Source: Eledone cirrhosa
Taxonomy: Eukaryota
Direction: 5' to 3'
Assembly: GCA_964016885.1 (NCBI GenBank)
Contig: OZ024746.1
Location: 53,382,001-53,446,000, forward strand
Length of the DNA: 64,000 bases
Positions 40,389-53,173 of this stretch are shown here, piece by piece (position 1 is the first letter of the stretch; each line of letters begins with the position of its first letter). Position numbers and translations under genes: made by a program. The notes under the pieces are model-generated. The model saw only the letters and a list, made by a program, of their open reading frames with translations, made no database searches and had not been told where the DNA came from.

Positions 40389-41190
40389 ATCATCATCATC
40401 ATCATCATCATCATTTTACGTCCGCTTTTCCCTGCTTGCAAGGGTAGGACGGGTCTTATTCAGCACAGCATCTCTCCACTCGTCACGGTCCCTCGTCATC
40501 TCCACCGTGAGCTTCAATGATCTGAGGTCTGTTCTCACCACCTCCGCCCATGTTTTTCGTGGTCTACCTCTACCACGTCTTCCTTCAACTGGCATTTCCT
40601 GGCACTTCTTCACCCATCGGTCATCCTCCATGAGCATCACATGTCCATACCACCTCAGTCTCCTCTCCCGTACACTACATTCTATCCCTCTCAGACACAG
40701 TTTCTCTCTCAACACATTTATGCTGGGTCGTTCACGCACATTTACACTGCACATCCAACGGAGCATGCTTGCCTCATTTCTCTCCAGCCGTCGCATATCT
40801 TCTGCGGTAGCTGCCCATGTCTCACTACCATGCAGCATCGCGCTCCTCACACAGGCATCATACAACCGGCCTTTCGTACGCAGGGAGAAACCCTTCTTCG
40901 TCAACAGAGGAAGCAGCTCCCTAAACTTCTTCCAACCCGTCCTTATTCTAGATACTATGGCCTCGGAACACCCTCCTCCCATGCTAATCTGATCTCCTAG
41001 GTACCGGAAGCTATCCACCACTTCTATAGCGCCCTCTTGCATTTGAAAAATGTGTCTATCAGTGCGACTTCTACTGTCTAATTTCCCTGTACATCTACTG
41101 CATACATATTTCTCCCTACCTGTTAGTTTGCCTGCTATCCCGCTACATCTCTTGTGTACCCAGGACCTACATTGTGTGCATTTTATAGAA
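40389..41190 (-). mobile_element. RTE subfamily C, 5'-truncated within the PHD finger
   Basis: ORF 40416..41399 from INSIKCTQCRSWVHKRC to [13 protein letters not shown]; stop codon directly followed by (GAT)n. Confidence 0.93.
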
Positions 41191-41199
41191 TTTATGCCA

Positions 41200-41545
41200 G
41201 GATGGAGAGAGAGGTGCTGTACCCCAGCAAGTTTTATGAAAGGTGGGTGAAAGTGGCGAGAATGGCCCGGGTGAATGGGCCTTCTCTCTATATCAGCCTG
41301 TAGGTTGAGGAAAAGGAGGAGGAGAGGAAAGGAGTACAAGCTCTTCGTACTCCTGGAGATGAGGGTTGCACATTTTTTTCGGGGGTCTGTGTTACCCATA
41401 TAAACTGTCTCCCTCTATTGGGGAAAATCGACTAACTTTTAAATTCCATCTGTGATAACATTTTACACGTTTTTATTGTATGTAAACTTCCCCCTTTGTA
41501 TTTGTCCCCTTCTTTTGTGCCCCTGTGGCTAATAAAGAAATATAT
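41200..41545 (+). mobile_element. Tx1/L1-type LINE 3' end
   Basis: EREVLYPSKFYERWVKVARMARVNGPSLYISL*, then a 3'UTR with AATAAAGAAA and (TATC)n; homolog at 55012-55322. Confidence 0.6.
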
Positions 41546-41569
41546 CTATCTATCTATATATATATCTAT

Positions 41570-42171
41570 CATCATCACCGTTTTACGTCCGTTCTTCCAC
41601 GCTAGCATGGGTTAGACGGGTTGTCCTGTTGTGGGCAGTGTCTGGTCGGCTGACCATGCCTTGCTCATACAGGAACTGATCTGGCTTGATTTCTACAGCT
41701 GGATGCCCTTCCTAACACCAACCTCATTTACAGTGAGTGCTGGGTGCTTTTTCGTGGCGCCTACACGTCCACTTTACAGTGTGGGCTGGGTGCTTTTTTG
41801 CCGTGGCACCTCCACGACCACCTTGCGGTGGGGGGGGGGGGGGGCATATTGTTTATATGCTTCAGCATGTACCCATGGGAGGTCGGGTACCCTGTATTAC
41901 TGCGTGACGCCAGAAGTCACGGTCGTGTGTCATTGACTTTGAGAGGTGTAGTTGGGTAAGGTCGGCTTTTATCACCTCATCCCAAGTCATCTTGGGTCTC
42001 CCCACTCCGCGGTTTCCATCAACTTCTAGTGCTCTGCACCTTTTTATGCAGCTGTCATCCTTCATACGCATCACATGTCCATACCAGCGTAACCGCCTCT
42101 CCTGCACGCAGCATTTGATTCCTCTTATGCTCAGTCTCTCTCTCAATTCATTTATGCTTTGTCGTTCACGT
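41570..42171 (-). mobile_element. RTE subfamily B 3' fragment
   Basis: ORF 41862..42146 plus full 3'UTR. Confidence 0.93.
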
Positions 42172-42322
42172 ATATATATATATATCTATATATATCTATC
42201 TATCTATATCTATCTATATATATCTATCTATATATATATCTATATATATCTATCTATATATATATCTATATATATCTATCTATATATATATATATCTCTA
42301 TATATATCTATCTATATATATA

Positions 42323-43070
42323 TCATCATCATCATCATCAGGTTTAGCGTCCGTGTTCCACGCTTGCATGGGTTTGGACGGGGGTTTTCCCACTTGAAGC
42401 AAGAGTGGTTGTCTTGCTCGCATAGGACTGTCTGGCGGGTTTTCTACAGTTGGATGCCCTTCCTAACACCAACCACATTTACAGTGTGGGGCTGGGAGGT
42501 TTTTACCGTGTTGCCTACACGGCCACATTACAGCGTGGACTGTCTGGCGGGTTTTCTACAGCTGGATGCCCTTCCTAACACCAACCACATTTACAGTGTG
42601 GGGCTGGGAGGTTTTTACCGTGTTGCCTACACGGCCACATTTACAGCGTGGACTGGGTGTTTTTTGTCGTGACACCTACACGATCTCATTTGTTTCGGCC
42701 TGGATGTTGTGGGACCAACATAACTGTACATTGAAAGGAGCAGTGTGGATGGGGTGGAGGTGGTGGGACGGGGGGGGGGTGTTTTGATAGAGATGCCTAC
42801 TGACTGTAGTAGGTTTTTACTTTGTATTTAGGTAAGGCGGGTCTTCTCTATTACTGAGTACCGCCAAAGGTCTCGGTCCAGTGACATTGTCTTGGAGAGG
42901 TGTAAGCGTGTGAGGTCGGAATTTATCAGCTCGTCCCATGTTTTTCTGGGTCTGCCTACTCCGTGGCTACCGTCTATCTTTATTGCCCTGCACTTTGTTA
43001 TACAGCTGTCGTCTTTCATGCGCATCACGTGACCGTACCAACGTAGCCTTCTCTCGAGTAAACAACATCT
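42323..43070 (-). mobile_element. RTE subfamily A 3' fragment
   Basis: Near-identical to 3358-4108. Confidence 0.93.
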
Positions 43071-43348
43071 TATATATCTATCTATATATATATATATATC
43101 TATATATCTATATCTATCTATATATCTATCTATATATCTATATATATCTATCTATATATCTATCTATATATATCTATATCTATATATATATATCTCTCTA
43201 TATATATATCTATATCTATATATATCTCTATATCTCTATATCTATATATATATATATATATCTATATATATATATATATCTCTCTATATATATATCTATA
43301 TATATATATATCTATATATATATATATATATCTCTCTATATATATATC

Positions 43349-43401
<53 letters not shown>

Positions 43402-43700
43402 CTACATACATACACTATATAAGTGAATGAGTGAGTAAACCCCATAATACACTAGTTGTATATTATTATAAAGCTGTTTAGAAAAAGTTTTATTTTGTAG
43501 GCATGTATGTACATGAGTAAGTATGAAAGTATATGTGCGCACACACTCATATATATTTATATTGATCTTTAATGCGAAGAAATACCAACGACGGCTGGAA
43601 GATCACTGATGACGCCTTATCTTCTGCTCTAATTTTATTCATATGTATCCCATTTGCAACAACGCAGCATGCCATTTTTCATATATAAATATATATATAT

Positions 43701-44306
43701 GGTAGCTGCCAACTCGTTTTCGTGTACGTCCACTACTTTATATCCATGTAGGAGAACCCCTACCGATGCACTGAACGAGTGCGACTTTTTAGTCCAGCCA
43801 GCGACTTGAAAAGTCTGGTACAAACACTACACTTGTGACGATTATTGACACATAGTGCTGGGCCCATGGTACCATGTGACGACAAGTGCAAAGAGATCTC
43901 CAGATACAAAGCAATGCCTGTGCCGTGAAGCTTTTATAGTGAGCAAAGCACTGCACAAAGCCAGTCCCACTCTCTTAACTAAGATGATATTTACCAAAAA
44001 GTAGAACAAGTCAACGTCATTGGATACCATCAGAGTTGCAGGTGTTATATCAGAGTTTTCCTTCTCCTAGAATTCTGCCTTGACAAAGGCTAAGGGTCAT
44101 CTCTCCCAGTGATTTTGGATGGCCATTGACTCTTTAGAGCTCCTTTGCCCTTTGATAGGTTTTGTTTTTAGTCCTGCAGGATGTCCAAAGTCACCCTCCT
44201 CACCAAGAAACCTTGGTGGGGTTGCCAGTTTAGTCGCCAACGACCCGACCATGGGATAGGTTGTACTGGGATACATGTTACCAGTAGCACCAACTGGTGA
44301 CCTGAC
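43701..44306 (-). mobile_element. Bipartite RTE-derived element, copy 2 (apparently full length)
   Basis: Homologous to 12558-13140; flanked by (AT)n. Confidence 0.8.
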
Positions 44307-44454
44307 ATATATATATATATATACACACATACATACAGTTCTCCAGCTTATATGCTATAAAAATAACAATTCTCAAGAATAAAAAACAAAACAAAAACTG
44401 GACAGTGAGATGGTGTCATAATTCCTTTAATTTAATTGGTGACTGTGTGTACTC

Positions 44455-44663
44455 TTGTGTGTGTGTGTGTGTGTGTGCTGTAGTGTGGGTTGTAGGTTTT
44501 TCTGGTCTATATAAAGCGTGTGTATGTATGTGTGTGTGTGTATGTGAGCTGTAGTGTGGGCTGTGTGTTTCTCTGGTCTATATAAATTGTGTGTATGTAT
44601 GTGTGTATGTGTATGTATGTGTGTGTGCTGTGGTGCGGGTTGTGTGTTTCTCTGGTCTATATA

Positions 44664-44758
<95 letters not shown>

Positions 44759-45471
44759 AGTGAGTGAATGAGTGAGTGTGTGAGTGTGAGTGTGAGTGTG
44801 TGTGTGTGTGCTTTAGTGTGGGCTGTGTGTTTCTCTGGTCTATATAAAGCGTGTGTATGTATGTGTATGTATATGTGTGCTGTAGTGTGGGTTGTGTGTT
44901 TCTCTGGTCTATATAAAGCGCTTGTAAATATGTGTATGTATGTGAGTGTAAATGTGTGTGAGCTGTAGTGTGGGCTGTGTGTGTCGGTGGGTTTATATAA
45001 TATGTGAGAGTGTCCGTGGGTTTATGTAATGCGTGCATATGGATTAAGAAGCGTGTGTGTGGTCTATTTCTAGAGACTGACCTTGGTTAAGATTTTCAAG
45101 AACTACAGGATGATATTTACAACATTCGCATAAATAAAGGAACTAGTCACACACATATACAAGAGTGTGAGCGCACACCGCACACATATACACGAGTGTG
45201 AGCGCACACCGCACACCTCACACATATACATGAGTGTGAGCGCACACCACACACATATACATGAGTGTGAGCGCACACCGCACACATACATACACACGCA
45301 GTACTTGCTTTGTAGAACACATACACACACTACATATATATATGCACATACACATATATACATACACACACACACACAATTACATACAAACACACACACA
45401 CATATATATACATGCACATATATATACACACACAAACATTTACATATATACACACAGGCATATATATATAT

Positions 45472-45502
<31 letters not shown>

Positions 45503-45915
45503 CACATACAAACACAGCACAATTACAGACAGATGTACGACTATATATTGTGCATATATATACACCCAATTAGATTTTAATATAGATTACATTCCATATA
45601 CAGCAATATGCATATATTGCTGTATAGTTTGCATATACATATACGCACACACTCATATATGTATACATAAATAACCATACACACACACGTACACATGTAT
45701 GTACTCATATATATATATTTATATATACACATACGCACACACACACACACATATATATATATAACCACATATACATGTATGTACTCATATATATCTATAT
45801 CTATATATACACATACATATACATGTATGTACTCATATATATATATCTATATATACACATACGCACACACATATAAATATATATACACACGCACACATAT
45901 ATATATATATATATA
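44455..45915. repeat. (TG)/(CA) microsatellites with embedded ~40-bp and ~25-bp repeated units
   Basis: TGTAGTGTGGGCTGTGTGTTTCTCTGGTCTATATAAAG about 6 times; GAGTGTGAGCGCACACC 4 times. Confidence 0.9.
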
Positions 45916-45919
45916 TATA

Positions 45920-46850
45920 GCACGTGGCCTGTTCCTGTTTGTTACCTAACACCAGTAGCAATGAGATTTCGCCATTGGGTTCCCTCCGAAGGAAGGTTTT
46001 CCCGTGTTTCTGTGTTAACGTTCACCTTCTTCGGAGTAACCCTAGGGCAGTCGTTAAAACATTTCGGTGGCTCAGCACTGGAGGCGTTTGTCTTACAATA
46101 GGTGTACTGTGTGACCTGACCACCCGAGACGCTTTTTTATGATAATGGTCTCGATGCATGGCAGGCAGGTCCGCTGTTGCATTCTGTGATATTTTGAAGA
46201 TGGGGCGCAAGCCAGTATCGGTAGAGCGTCAGACACCATGCTTTGCAGCATAGAATTACGGCCCTTTACGTTCTGATTGCAAATCCCCCTCCCCCCGAGG
46301 TTAACTTTGCTTTTCATCCTTACGGGGGTCGATAAAATAAAGTACCAGTAATACACTGGGATAATTGCTAGCCTTGTGCTAGAAGTAGAAACAATTATTA
46401 CTGGAAACATTCGAGGCGCTGGACATGCCTAAAGTATGTTGTCCACGTCTCACATCCATACAGCAAGGTTGTAAGTCACATGCTTCATATACTGCAACTT
46501 TCGCGCGCATATTTATATCTGACTGTGACCACAAGCGCCTCACAGCTTACCAAAAGTATCTGTATCTTTAGACAGCTCGTAGCTGACATCTTCATCAAGG
46601 GAACTAGTCTTTGAGAAAGTACTACCCAGTCAGACGAACTGATCTAGAAGCTTCAATATTTTCAGTTTAACGGATATAGGTAGTGAAATATATGGCTTTC
46701 CGAGACCATGTTGGTTCATCACTACTGACTTTTTCAGAATATCATCCCAAACTCATCACACGCAGCCGAGAAGCAGTCAATTACAAGTTGAAGGTTTTCT
46801 TCTGCATAAAGAAGATCACGTATCAGTGTGGTAAATGTTTTTGATGCAGT
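45920..46850 (-). mobile_element. Old RTE fragment interrupted by a SINE family 1 copy (46212-46400, + strand)
   Basis: Minus strand shows KVAVYEAC..TTLLYGCETWTTYFRHVQRLE and IKKRLGWSGH. Confidence 0.75.
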
Positions 46851-46859
46851 AACGTATAA

Positions 46860-47042
46860 ATAATTGTTTCTACTTTTGGCACAAGGCCAGCAATTATCCA
46901 GTGCATTACTGGTACTTTATTTTATCGACCCCGTAAGGATGAAAGGCAAAGTTAACCTCGGCGGGATTTGAACTCAGAATAGTAAGGGCCGTAACTCAAT
47001 GCGTTAAAGCATGGCATCCGACCCTCTACCGATACTGCCAAT
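46860..47042 (-). mobile_element. SINE family 1
   Basis: Conserved body. Confidence 0.88.
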
Positions 47043-47622
47043 GTATAAATAATATCTCACAATTGGCCAGTCCGGGAAAATACGCAAGAACCTTCAAGAA
47101 ATAGTTCAACAAGAATGACGATGCATGTCTATCAGCAACCAACTTAATAAAGCAACTGCAATGACTTCGGGCTATGCATAAAAGATAATCACCCAGATTG
47201 GTTTACTGTGAATGAATCATGTCCACACACACACACACATATATACACAAACACATACATACATCTACGTATACAAACAAATACTCTCTCTCTACACACA
47301 CACACATATATCCATACACGTACTGGTTCCAGCCATCTTGTGGTTATGTGGCGTAACGCCGTAGTCACACATTCACATTTTGAGTATAATGTGACAAACA
47401 GGCATATGCTAATGTGTGTATGTTTACACGTGTGTGTGTGTTCGCATATTCAATGTGTGCGTGCGTAATTACATGTGTGTGCGTGAATGTCAATATCCTT
47501 TATATAAACATAGTTTGTTTGTGTATATATAATACACAGTTCTGCAGTATCTACCTATATATATCTTTCCATACACATATCCATCCATATGCGTGCGTGT
47601 ATCTATATCTCTCTCTATATAT

Positions 47623-47679
<57 letters not shown>

Positions 47680-48232
47680 TACAAACACATATATACACAC
47701 GTTTCTGGAACTAGCTGCTGAAACGGCAAGAGCTCAGCCGTCGGGGCCCTGAATCTATAATATATTTATATTAAATATCTATACTCTGTTATGTTTTGAG
47801 TACCTTAGTTACTGTCGTTACCCCCGATTGAACCCGGGAGAGGGGCTAGAGAGAAAGATAGAGAGGGATAAAGAGAGAGGGAGTAAGAGAGAGAGAGAGA
47901 GAGAAAGAAAGAAAGAAAGAAAGAGAGAGAAAGAGAAAGAGAGAGAAAGAGAGAGAAAGAAAGATATTTAGAGATGTAAAAGAGAAGCTGTGTTAAATAA
48001 AAGAGTTGTGTGAGTGAATGAAAGAAAATGGATGCTGTCATTATACAGCAGTAAGCCACTAAGTGAAGTCTTCAAATAATTATGTATAGTTCTGACCAAT
48101 TATTACTACAAAGGTCATTTGCTCGGCTCTTCTTCCTACAACCACCACTATCATTACTACTACTAGTTTTACGAGTATTTTATGCTAGAACTATGTGTGT
48201 GTGTAGGTACACACACACAGACACACACACAT

Positions 48233-48440
48233 GTGAGGGCGCGTGGCTGAACGGTAAGAGAATTGGATTTGCAATCGTGAGGTTGCTGAGTTCGATTCCC
48301 GGACCGGGTGATGCGTTATGTCCTTGAGCAAGGCACTTTATTTCACGTTGCTCTTACCTGGAGTTGTGACCGATAGATAGTATTAGCAATTGGAAAGACC
48401 CATGGAAACAATGTTTCCTCGGTCCGATTTGACGAAAGCC
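48233..48440 (+). mobile_element. CORE-type tRNA SINE variant
   Basis: GCGTGGCTGAACGGTAAGAG..GAGTTCGATTCCC..CCTTGAGCAAGGCACTTTATTTCAC. Confidence 0.8.
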
Positions 48441-48445
48441 GATCG

Positions 48446-48518
<73 letters not shown>

Positions 48519-48519
<1 letters not shown>

Positions 48520-48841
48520 CCGCGTGATCGGGTATCCAGCCCGACTATTCACCGAGAGTGAAGGACCCCTTGCCTTTGTCAGGGCATTCTTCTAGGAGAA
48601 GGCAACTCCGGAAACTGGGATAACTCCGACATAAAACCTGCGGCTCAGTAGTTACCACTGATGTTGATCTTTTCTTCTTTTCGAGTTATAGCTACTGTCG
48701 CTCAGAGAGTGGGATTGGCTCAGTGCACAGTCTTTCCTCATTTTAAAAAACATTTTCAGACATTGCACGATAGAATTAATAATTATTAATAATTGTATAT
48801 CGTTCAATGGCCATACTCGATAACGAGGGGGCAGCCATCAT
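48519..48841 (+). mobile_element. Second bipartite RTE-derived non-autonomous element
   Basis: GCCTTTGTCAGGGCA..CTAGGAGAAGGCAACTC block shared with the 12558 family; 3' end identical to the palindrome arm at 14317-14352; flanked by (TA)n. Confidence 0.7.
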
Positions 48842-49687
48842 ATATATATATAATCACAAGAAGACAGAGGATCCAGAATTGTACATTCCTTTATTCTTTT
48901 ACCGGTTTTACTAATTAAACTGCGGCCTTAAGATTTATGTTTTGAAATGTGCTACTTATTTCAGCGCTCTCCTTTTGTCTAAGCGATAGGAAACGGGATA
49001 TAAAAATAGACACGGACACACAAGGACGGACAGACACACACATGTAAATATGATGGGATTCGGTTCAGATTCTGTCAACCTAATTTCTTTCACAAGGCAT
49101 TGAAGAACCCGAGGCTTATAGGAGAAGAAAATTGCCCAAGGTGATATACGCAATGGAACTAAACTTGAAATCACAGTTGCGAAGCAGACTCTTTAACCAA
49201 TCCACATGCGTGCATTTATAACTAATAGCGTCTCGGAAAGAAATTATAGGGAGCTGAAAATAGCGATATCTGCATATAGTGAACTGGAAATAGAAACAGC
49301 TCTATTATAATTCTTTATAACATTTAGCATGATGCTAGCAATTTGCGGGGAGGGAAAAGTTCATTATATCGACCCAGTACTTAACTGGTACTTTATTTTA
49401 TTGATACCGGAAGGATGAAATCTACATTTGTTCCCTGCGGGAAATGAACTCAACGTGTAGAAAGTCGTAACTGAATGCCATAATGCATTTTTCTTGACGC
49501 TCTACCGATACTGCTAATCCACCACCGAAATCTCTGTAATGCAGGCATAGCTGAAATCCCAGGGTTTACAGGTATACACAACATACAGTAAACAGCACTA
49601 AGTACAGCACAGTAGAGTAATCCAGGATTGAGATATATATCACATACAGAAAATAGCATTACTCTGTACAGGAAACATCACGTAGAT

Positions 49688-49890
49688 CAAGCATGTTAAA
49701 CTAAGGGTCCCCCGAGGGCCATATGGGTCACGTGTTGTCTGAGGGCCACCATGACAACTAATTGCGCACATTTCAACTAATATTTTTTTAATTTTATATT
49801 ACGTTCGCGCTGTTAAAACCTTTGTGCGGGCCGCAGGTGTGCTTGTAAAGGCCCGCATGCGGCCCGCGGGCCACACGTTTGACATACATG
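49688..49890. mobile_element. hAT (Charlie-like) MITE
   Basis: CAAGCATGTTAAAC ... GGCCCGCGGGCC..GTTTGACATACATG. Confidence 0.7.
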
Positions 49891-50814
49891 ACAGATTATC
49901 TGAAGACACCAAGCTTCGCGGCATAAAGTGACGGTCCCTTACGTTCTGAGTTCAAATCCCGCCGAGGTTAGCTTTACCTTTCATCCTTACGGAGTTGATA
50001 AATAAAGCACCAGTAATCCACTGGGGTCGATTTGATCGACTTCCCCTTCTGCCAAAATTTTTGTCTTGTGCCTAAATCAAATCATTATTTGAAGGTTTAC
50101 AAGTACATCATACCAAAAAAAAAAAAAAAATACCACTATTAGGCACTATACCAATTATGTCGAGTTCTCCAGGACCTACAAAAACATATATAAAATAGCG
50201 CTACTAGGTAATGTGCACACATATAACGTAGAGTATTCCAGGACACCAGATATACACAACATATAGAAAAGAACACTATTAGGCTTTGTACATAGGAGAG
50301 ACAAGAGATCAGGAGAAGGAGAGTGACAGAGAGATTTGAGAGCCAACCTAGTTATAATCTGACATGTTATCTACATATATAAAATATGTATAGTCAGGTA
50401 TATGTGTTTGGAGTGTAGTATTGTAGGTGGGAGACAGTGTACACTGATAGTAATCCAATACAGTCATGGCTGGGTGGTTAACCCTCTTGATAAAAACCCA
50501 CCCACCGGAATCGCTTTTAGTTTGGTTTGATGAAAACCAAAGAAAACGGAAAGGAGCCGATCGTTAGAAGCAAAGCAAAGGAACAACACAAGATAGACAC
50601 GCCCCCGAATCCAATGTCTAATCAGATCAGAGAATTACCATATATATTCGTGGAAAAGCTGATAATGAAAAAGCGCGATACTAATTTTTTGCTCCAAAAT
50701 TTTGATTTTCCCACGTGTCTCATAAAAATTGACCCTACTTCTTCACGGACAACAGATCAACATTTATAAATCATCGAGGAAATCATCTTTACTAGACTTA
50801 TGTCCCGATGTAAG

Positions 50815-50846
<32 letters not shown>

Positions 50847-50947
50847 GGATTTAGGTTGAAACTGGTTAGTCCATTACTCAACAGAAACTAGCTGTTGAAA
50901 CGGCAAGAACTCAGCCCTCGGGGTCCCGACTTTTTATAATATATATC

Positions 50948-53173
50948 TATCTATCTAAAGCGGGTAAAATTCCCGAGATCCATGGACGAGTTCTCTCCAG
51001 CGGTCTCTGTCCCTCATTATCGCTGCCATGTCCTGCATCTCCAACAGACCAGTGTCTGTCCTTAGGGCATCAACATACGTTAACCTTGGTCTTCCTCTTC
51101 TAGTGTGTCCATGTAGGGGCTCCCAAAGGAGTACTGAGTGCAATGTCAACTCTGGATGTCGGTGAGTATGTCCAGCTAACCTCAGTCTCCTCTGTGTCAC
51201 TTTTGAGCTGACTTTTGGGATGCTCCCATACAGCTCTGAGTTTTTCATCCTCAGTGTATACTGATTAATGTTCAGAGCCATCCTCAGCATTGTCGTGTAG
51301 CACCCATCCACCATCTGAGTGAATTTCTTGGTCAGTGTCCAAGTCTCAGACCCATACAGCAGCACAGACTCCACTACAGCAATGAAGAGGCGGATTTTCA
51401 GGTCTCTACGAAGGTCCGATTTCCACACCGATCTCAAGCTGTGGCACGCCGCCCAGGCCTTGCTCTTCCTCTCAACCACATCATCTTCCGTATTCCCAAT
51501 CTTTGCTCCCAAATACAGGAAGTCCTCAACCAATTCCAGCGGCCTCCCGCCTACATTAGTGATCCCCTCTGGCTTCTCAACATTCTCTACCAGATATTTT
51601 GTTTTAGTCTCATTCATTCTCAGCCCCACACTCATCGACACAGTCTCAACCTCCCGCATCAAATCCTCTGCCTCCTTCACTGTATTTGTCACCAAAACTA
51701 TGTCGTCGGCAAATTCAGCATCCGATACCTTTTTCGCCCTAACTCTCCTGCTCTGTGCCGGTGCTACAGTAAAGCCAGAGTCCTGGTGTTTCTCCAGTGC
51801 AAGGCGCATACAATAGTCCACTACGATGATAAAAAGGTAGGGAGCCAATGTATCTCCCTGGAGCACTCCAGCCAGTATCTCAAAGAACTCTGTCATCCCA
51901 TCAGGTGTAATGACTTGGGCTTTGGTGTTGGTGTAGAGCAGTGATATCAGGTCCACTATCTTCTTGGGGATTCCATAAGCCTGTAAGATCTTCATCAGGC
52001 AGTAACGGTCCACAGAATCAAAGGCCTTCCTAAAGTCAATGAAAACCATGACCGCAGGAAGGCACTTTGCTCTAGCTCCCTCTAATATCCTCCTCAGAAT
52101 CAGGATGTGACTGGTGGTTGATCTACCCTCTCTGAAGCCGTTCTGGTTGTCCCTGAGCTTCTTCTCCATCTCAGGCTGGATCCTGTTAAGAATCATCCTG
52201 TTGAGGGTCTTTGCCACAAGTGACGTCAGTGAGATCCCCCGGTAGTTGTTGGTGTTAGAGAGATCTCCCTTCTTTGGCACTGGGACGATGTTACTGATCC
52301 TCCACTGATTCGGGGCAACTCCTCTCTCCAGTGCCCCGTTACAGAACCCCAGGATGATATCAAAATCACACCTCTTCATCACCTCTGATGCCACTCCATC
52401 TTCTCCATGAGCCTTGCCCTCCTTGATCCTCTTCTTGGCTCTCTGAAGCTCCTCTCTGGTGAAGGGCTCTGTCTCAACATCCAGTTCCTCAAACAGCCGC
52501 CTGATCTCCCCAGTGCTCTGGGCTGTGGAGGGTGGCTTTCCTAGTAGGGTCCTAAAATGGTCTAGCCATTTCCTCTTCCTATCCTCGGGCCCCGTTCCCT
52601 GGATCTGACTCGAACACCTCTTCCTCCCTGTGATCTCGTCGATGATCATCCAGCTCTCCTTACATCCAGATCTGTCAACCGCTCTCTCCACACTTCTGAT
52701 CTTCTCTATCAGTGCCTCCTCTCTGACCCCAGTGTAAGCGGTACAGAGCTCTTCCCTCATCACCTCCACAGTCTCCATCCTCTCCTCCGTAGGATCAGCA
52801 TAGAATTGGTCCCTGGCAGCTTTCAGGTGTTCTCTGGCTGCACACACTTTTGGGTTTGCAGAGCTGACGTGCTTCCCTTTGTTCTTTTTCCTCGGCACCA
52901 GGGTTTCACTTGCTTCCGCCACTGCATTGGTGAAGTGCCCGTACCTCCTCGTCACACTCTCCTCAGTCCATCCAATCTCTCTCTCCTCTGACTATCCACA
53001 CAGAGCACTAAACCTGTTTCTCACTTCCACTGTGAACCTCTCCTGTAGCTTATCATCTTCCTTGAAAGCTCCCCAGTCATAGATTGTTCTCCGGGGCTGA
53101 GCCTTGCTCTTTCTTAAGCTCACGCGGACCTCACTCATAACAAGCCGGTGGTCACTACCCAGTGTACTGAAAT
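50948..53173 (-). mobile_element. RTE-clade LINE subfamily D, young, 5'-truncated at the end of the APE endonuclease
   Basis: 5' end reads FSTLGSDHRLV; long RT ORF; stop followed by (GATA)n; apparent target duplication TATAATATATAT at 50935 and 53174. Confidence 0.93.
50955..52955 (-). CDS. Retrotransposon reverse transcriptase (RTE ORF2, 666-aa open segment)
   Basis: VPVPKKGDL, NYRGISLTS, QNGFREGRST, FIDFRKAFDSV, GVLQGDTLAPYLF, FADD, LLYGSETW, RLRLAGH, GRPRLTY. Confidence 0.9.
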   Translation of the reverse strand: MTRRYGHFTNAVAEASETLVPRKKNKGKHVSSANPKVCAAREHLKAARDQFYADPTEERMETVEVMREELCTAYTGVREEALIEKIRSVERAVDRSGCKESWMIIDEITGRKRCSSQIQGTGPEDRKRKWLDHFRTLLGKPPSTAQSTGEIRRLFEELDVETEPFTREELQRAKKRIKEGKAHGEDGVASEVMKRCDFDIILGFCNGALERGVAPNQWRISNIVPVPKKGDLSNTNNYRGISLTSLVAKTLNRMILNRIQPEMEKKLRDNQNGFREGRSTTSHILILRRILEGARAKCLPAVMVFIDFRKAFDSVDRYCLMKILQAYGIPKKIVDLISLLYTNTKAQVITPDGMTEFFEILAGVLQGDTLAPYLFIIVVDYCMRLALEKHQDSGFTVAPAQSRRVRAKKVSDAEFADDIVLVTNTVKEAEDLMREVETVSMSVGLRMNETKTKYLVENVEKPEGITNVGGRPLELVEDFLYLGAKIGNTEDDVVERKSKAWAACHSLRSVWKSDLRRDLKIRLFIAVVESVLLYGSETWTLTKKFTQMVDGCYTTMLRMALNINQYTLRMKNSELYGSIPKVSSKVTQRRLRLAGHTHRHPELTLHSVLLWEPLHGHTRRGRPRLTYVDALRTDTGLLEMQDMAAIMRDRDRWRELVHGSREFYPL

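Noticed and set aside
40416-41399. 327-aa ORF as a novel fusion protein
   Set aside because: The N-terminal ~70 aa is antisense read-through of the adjacent Tx1-like fragment into truncated RTE-C.
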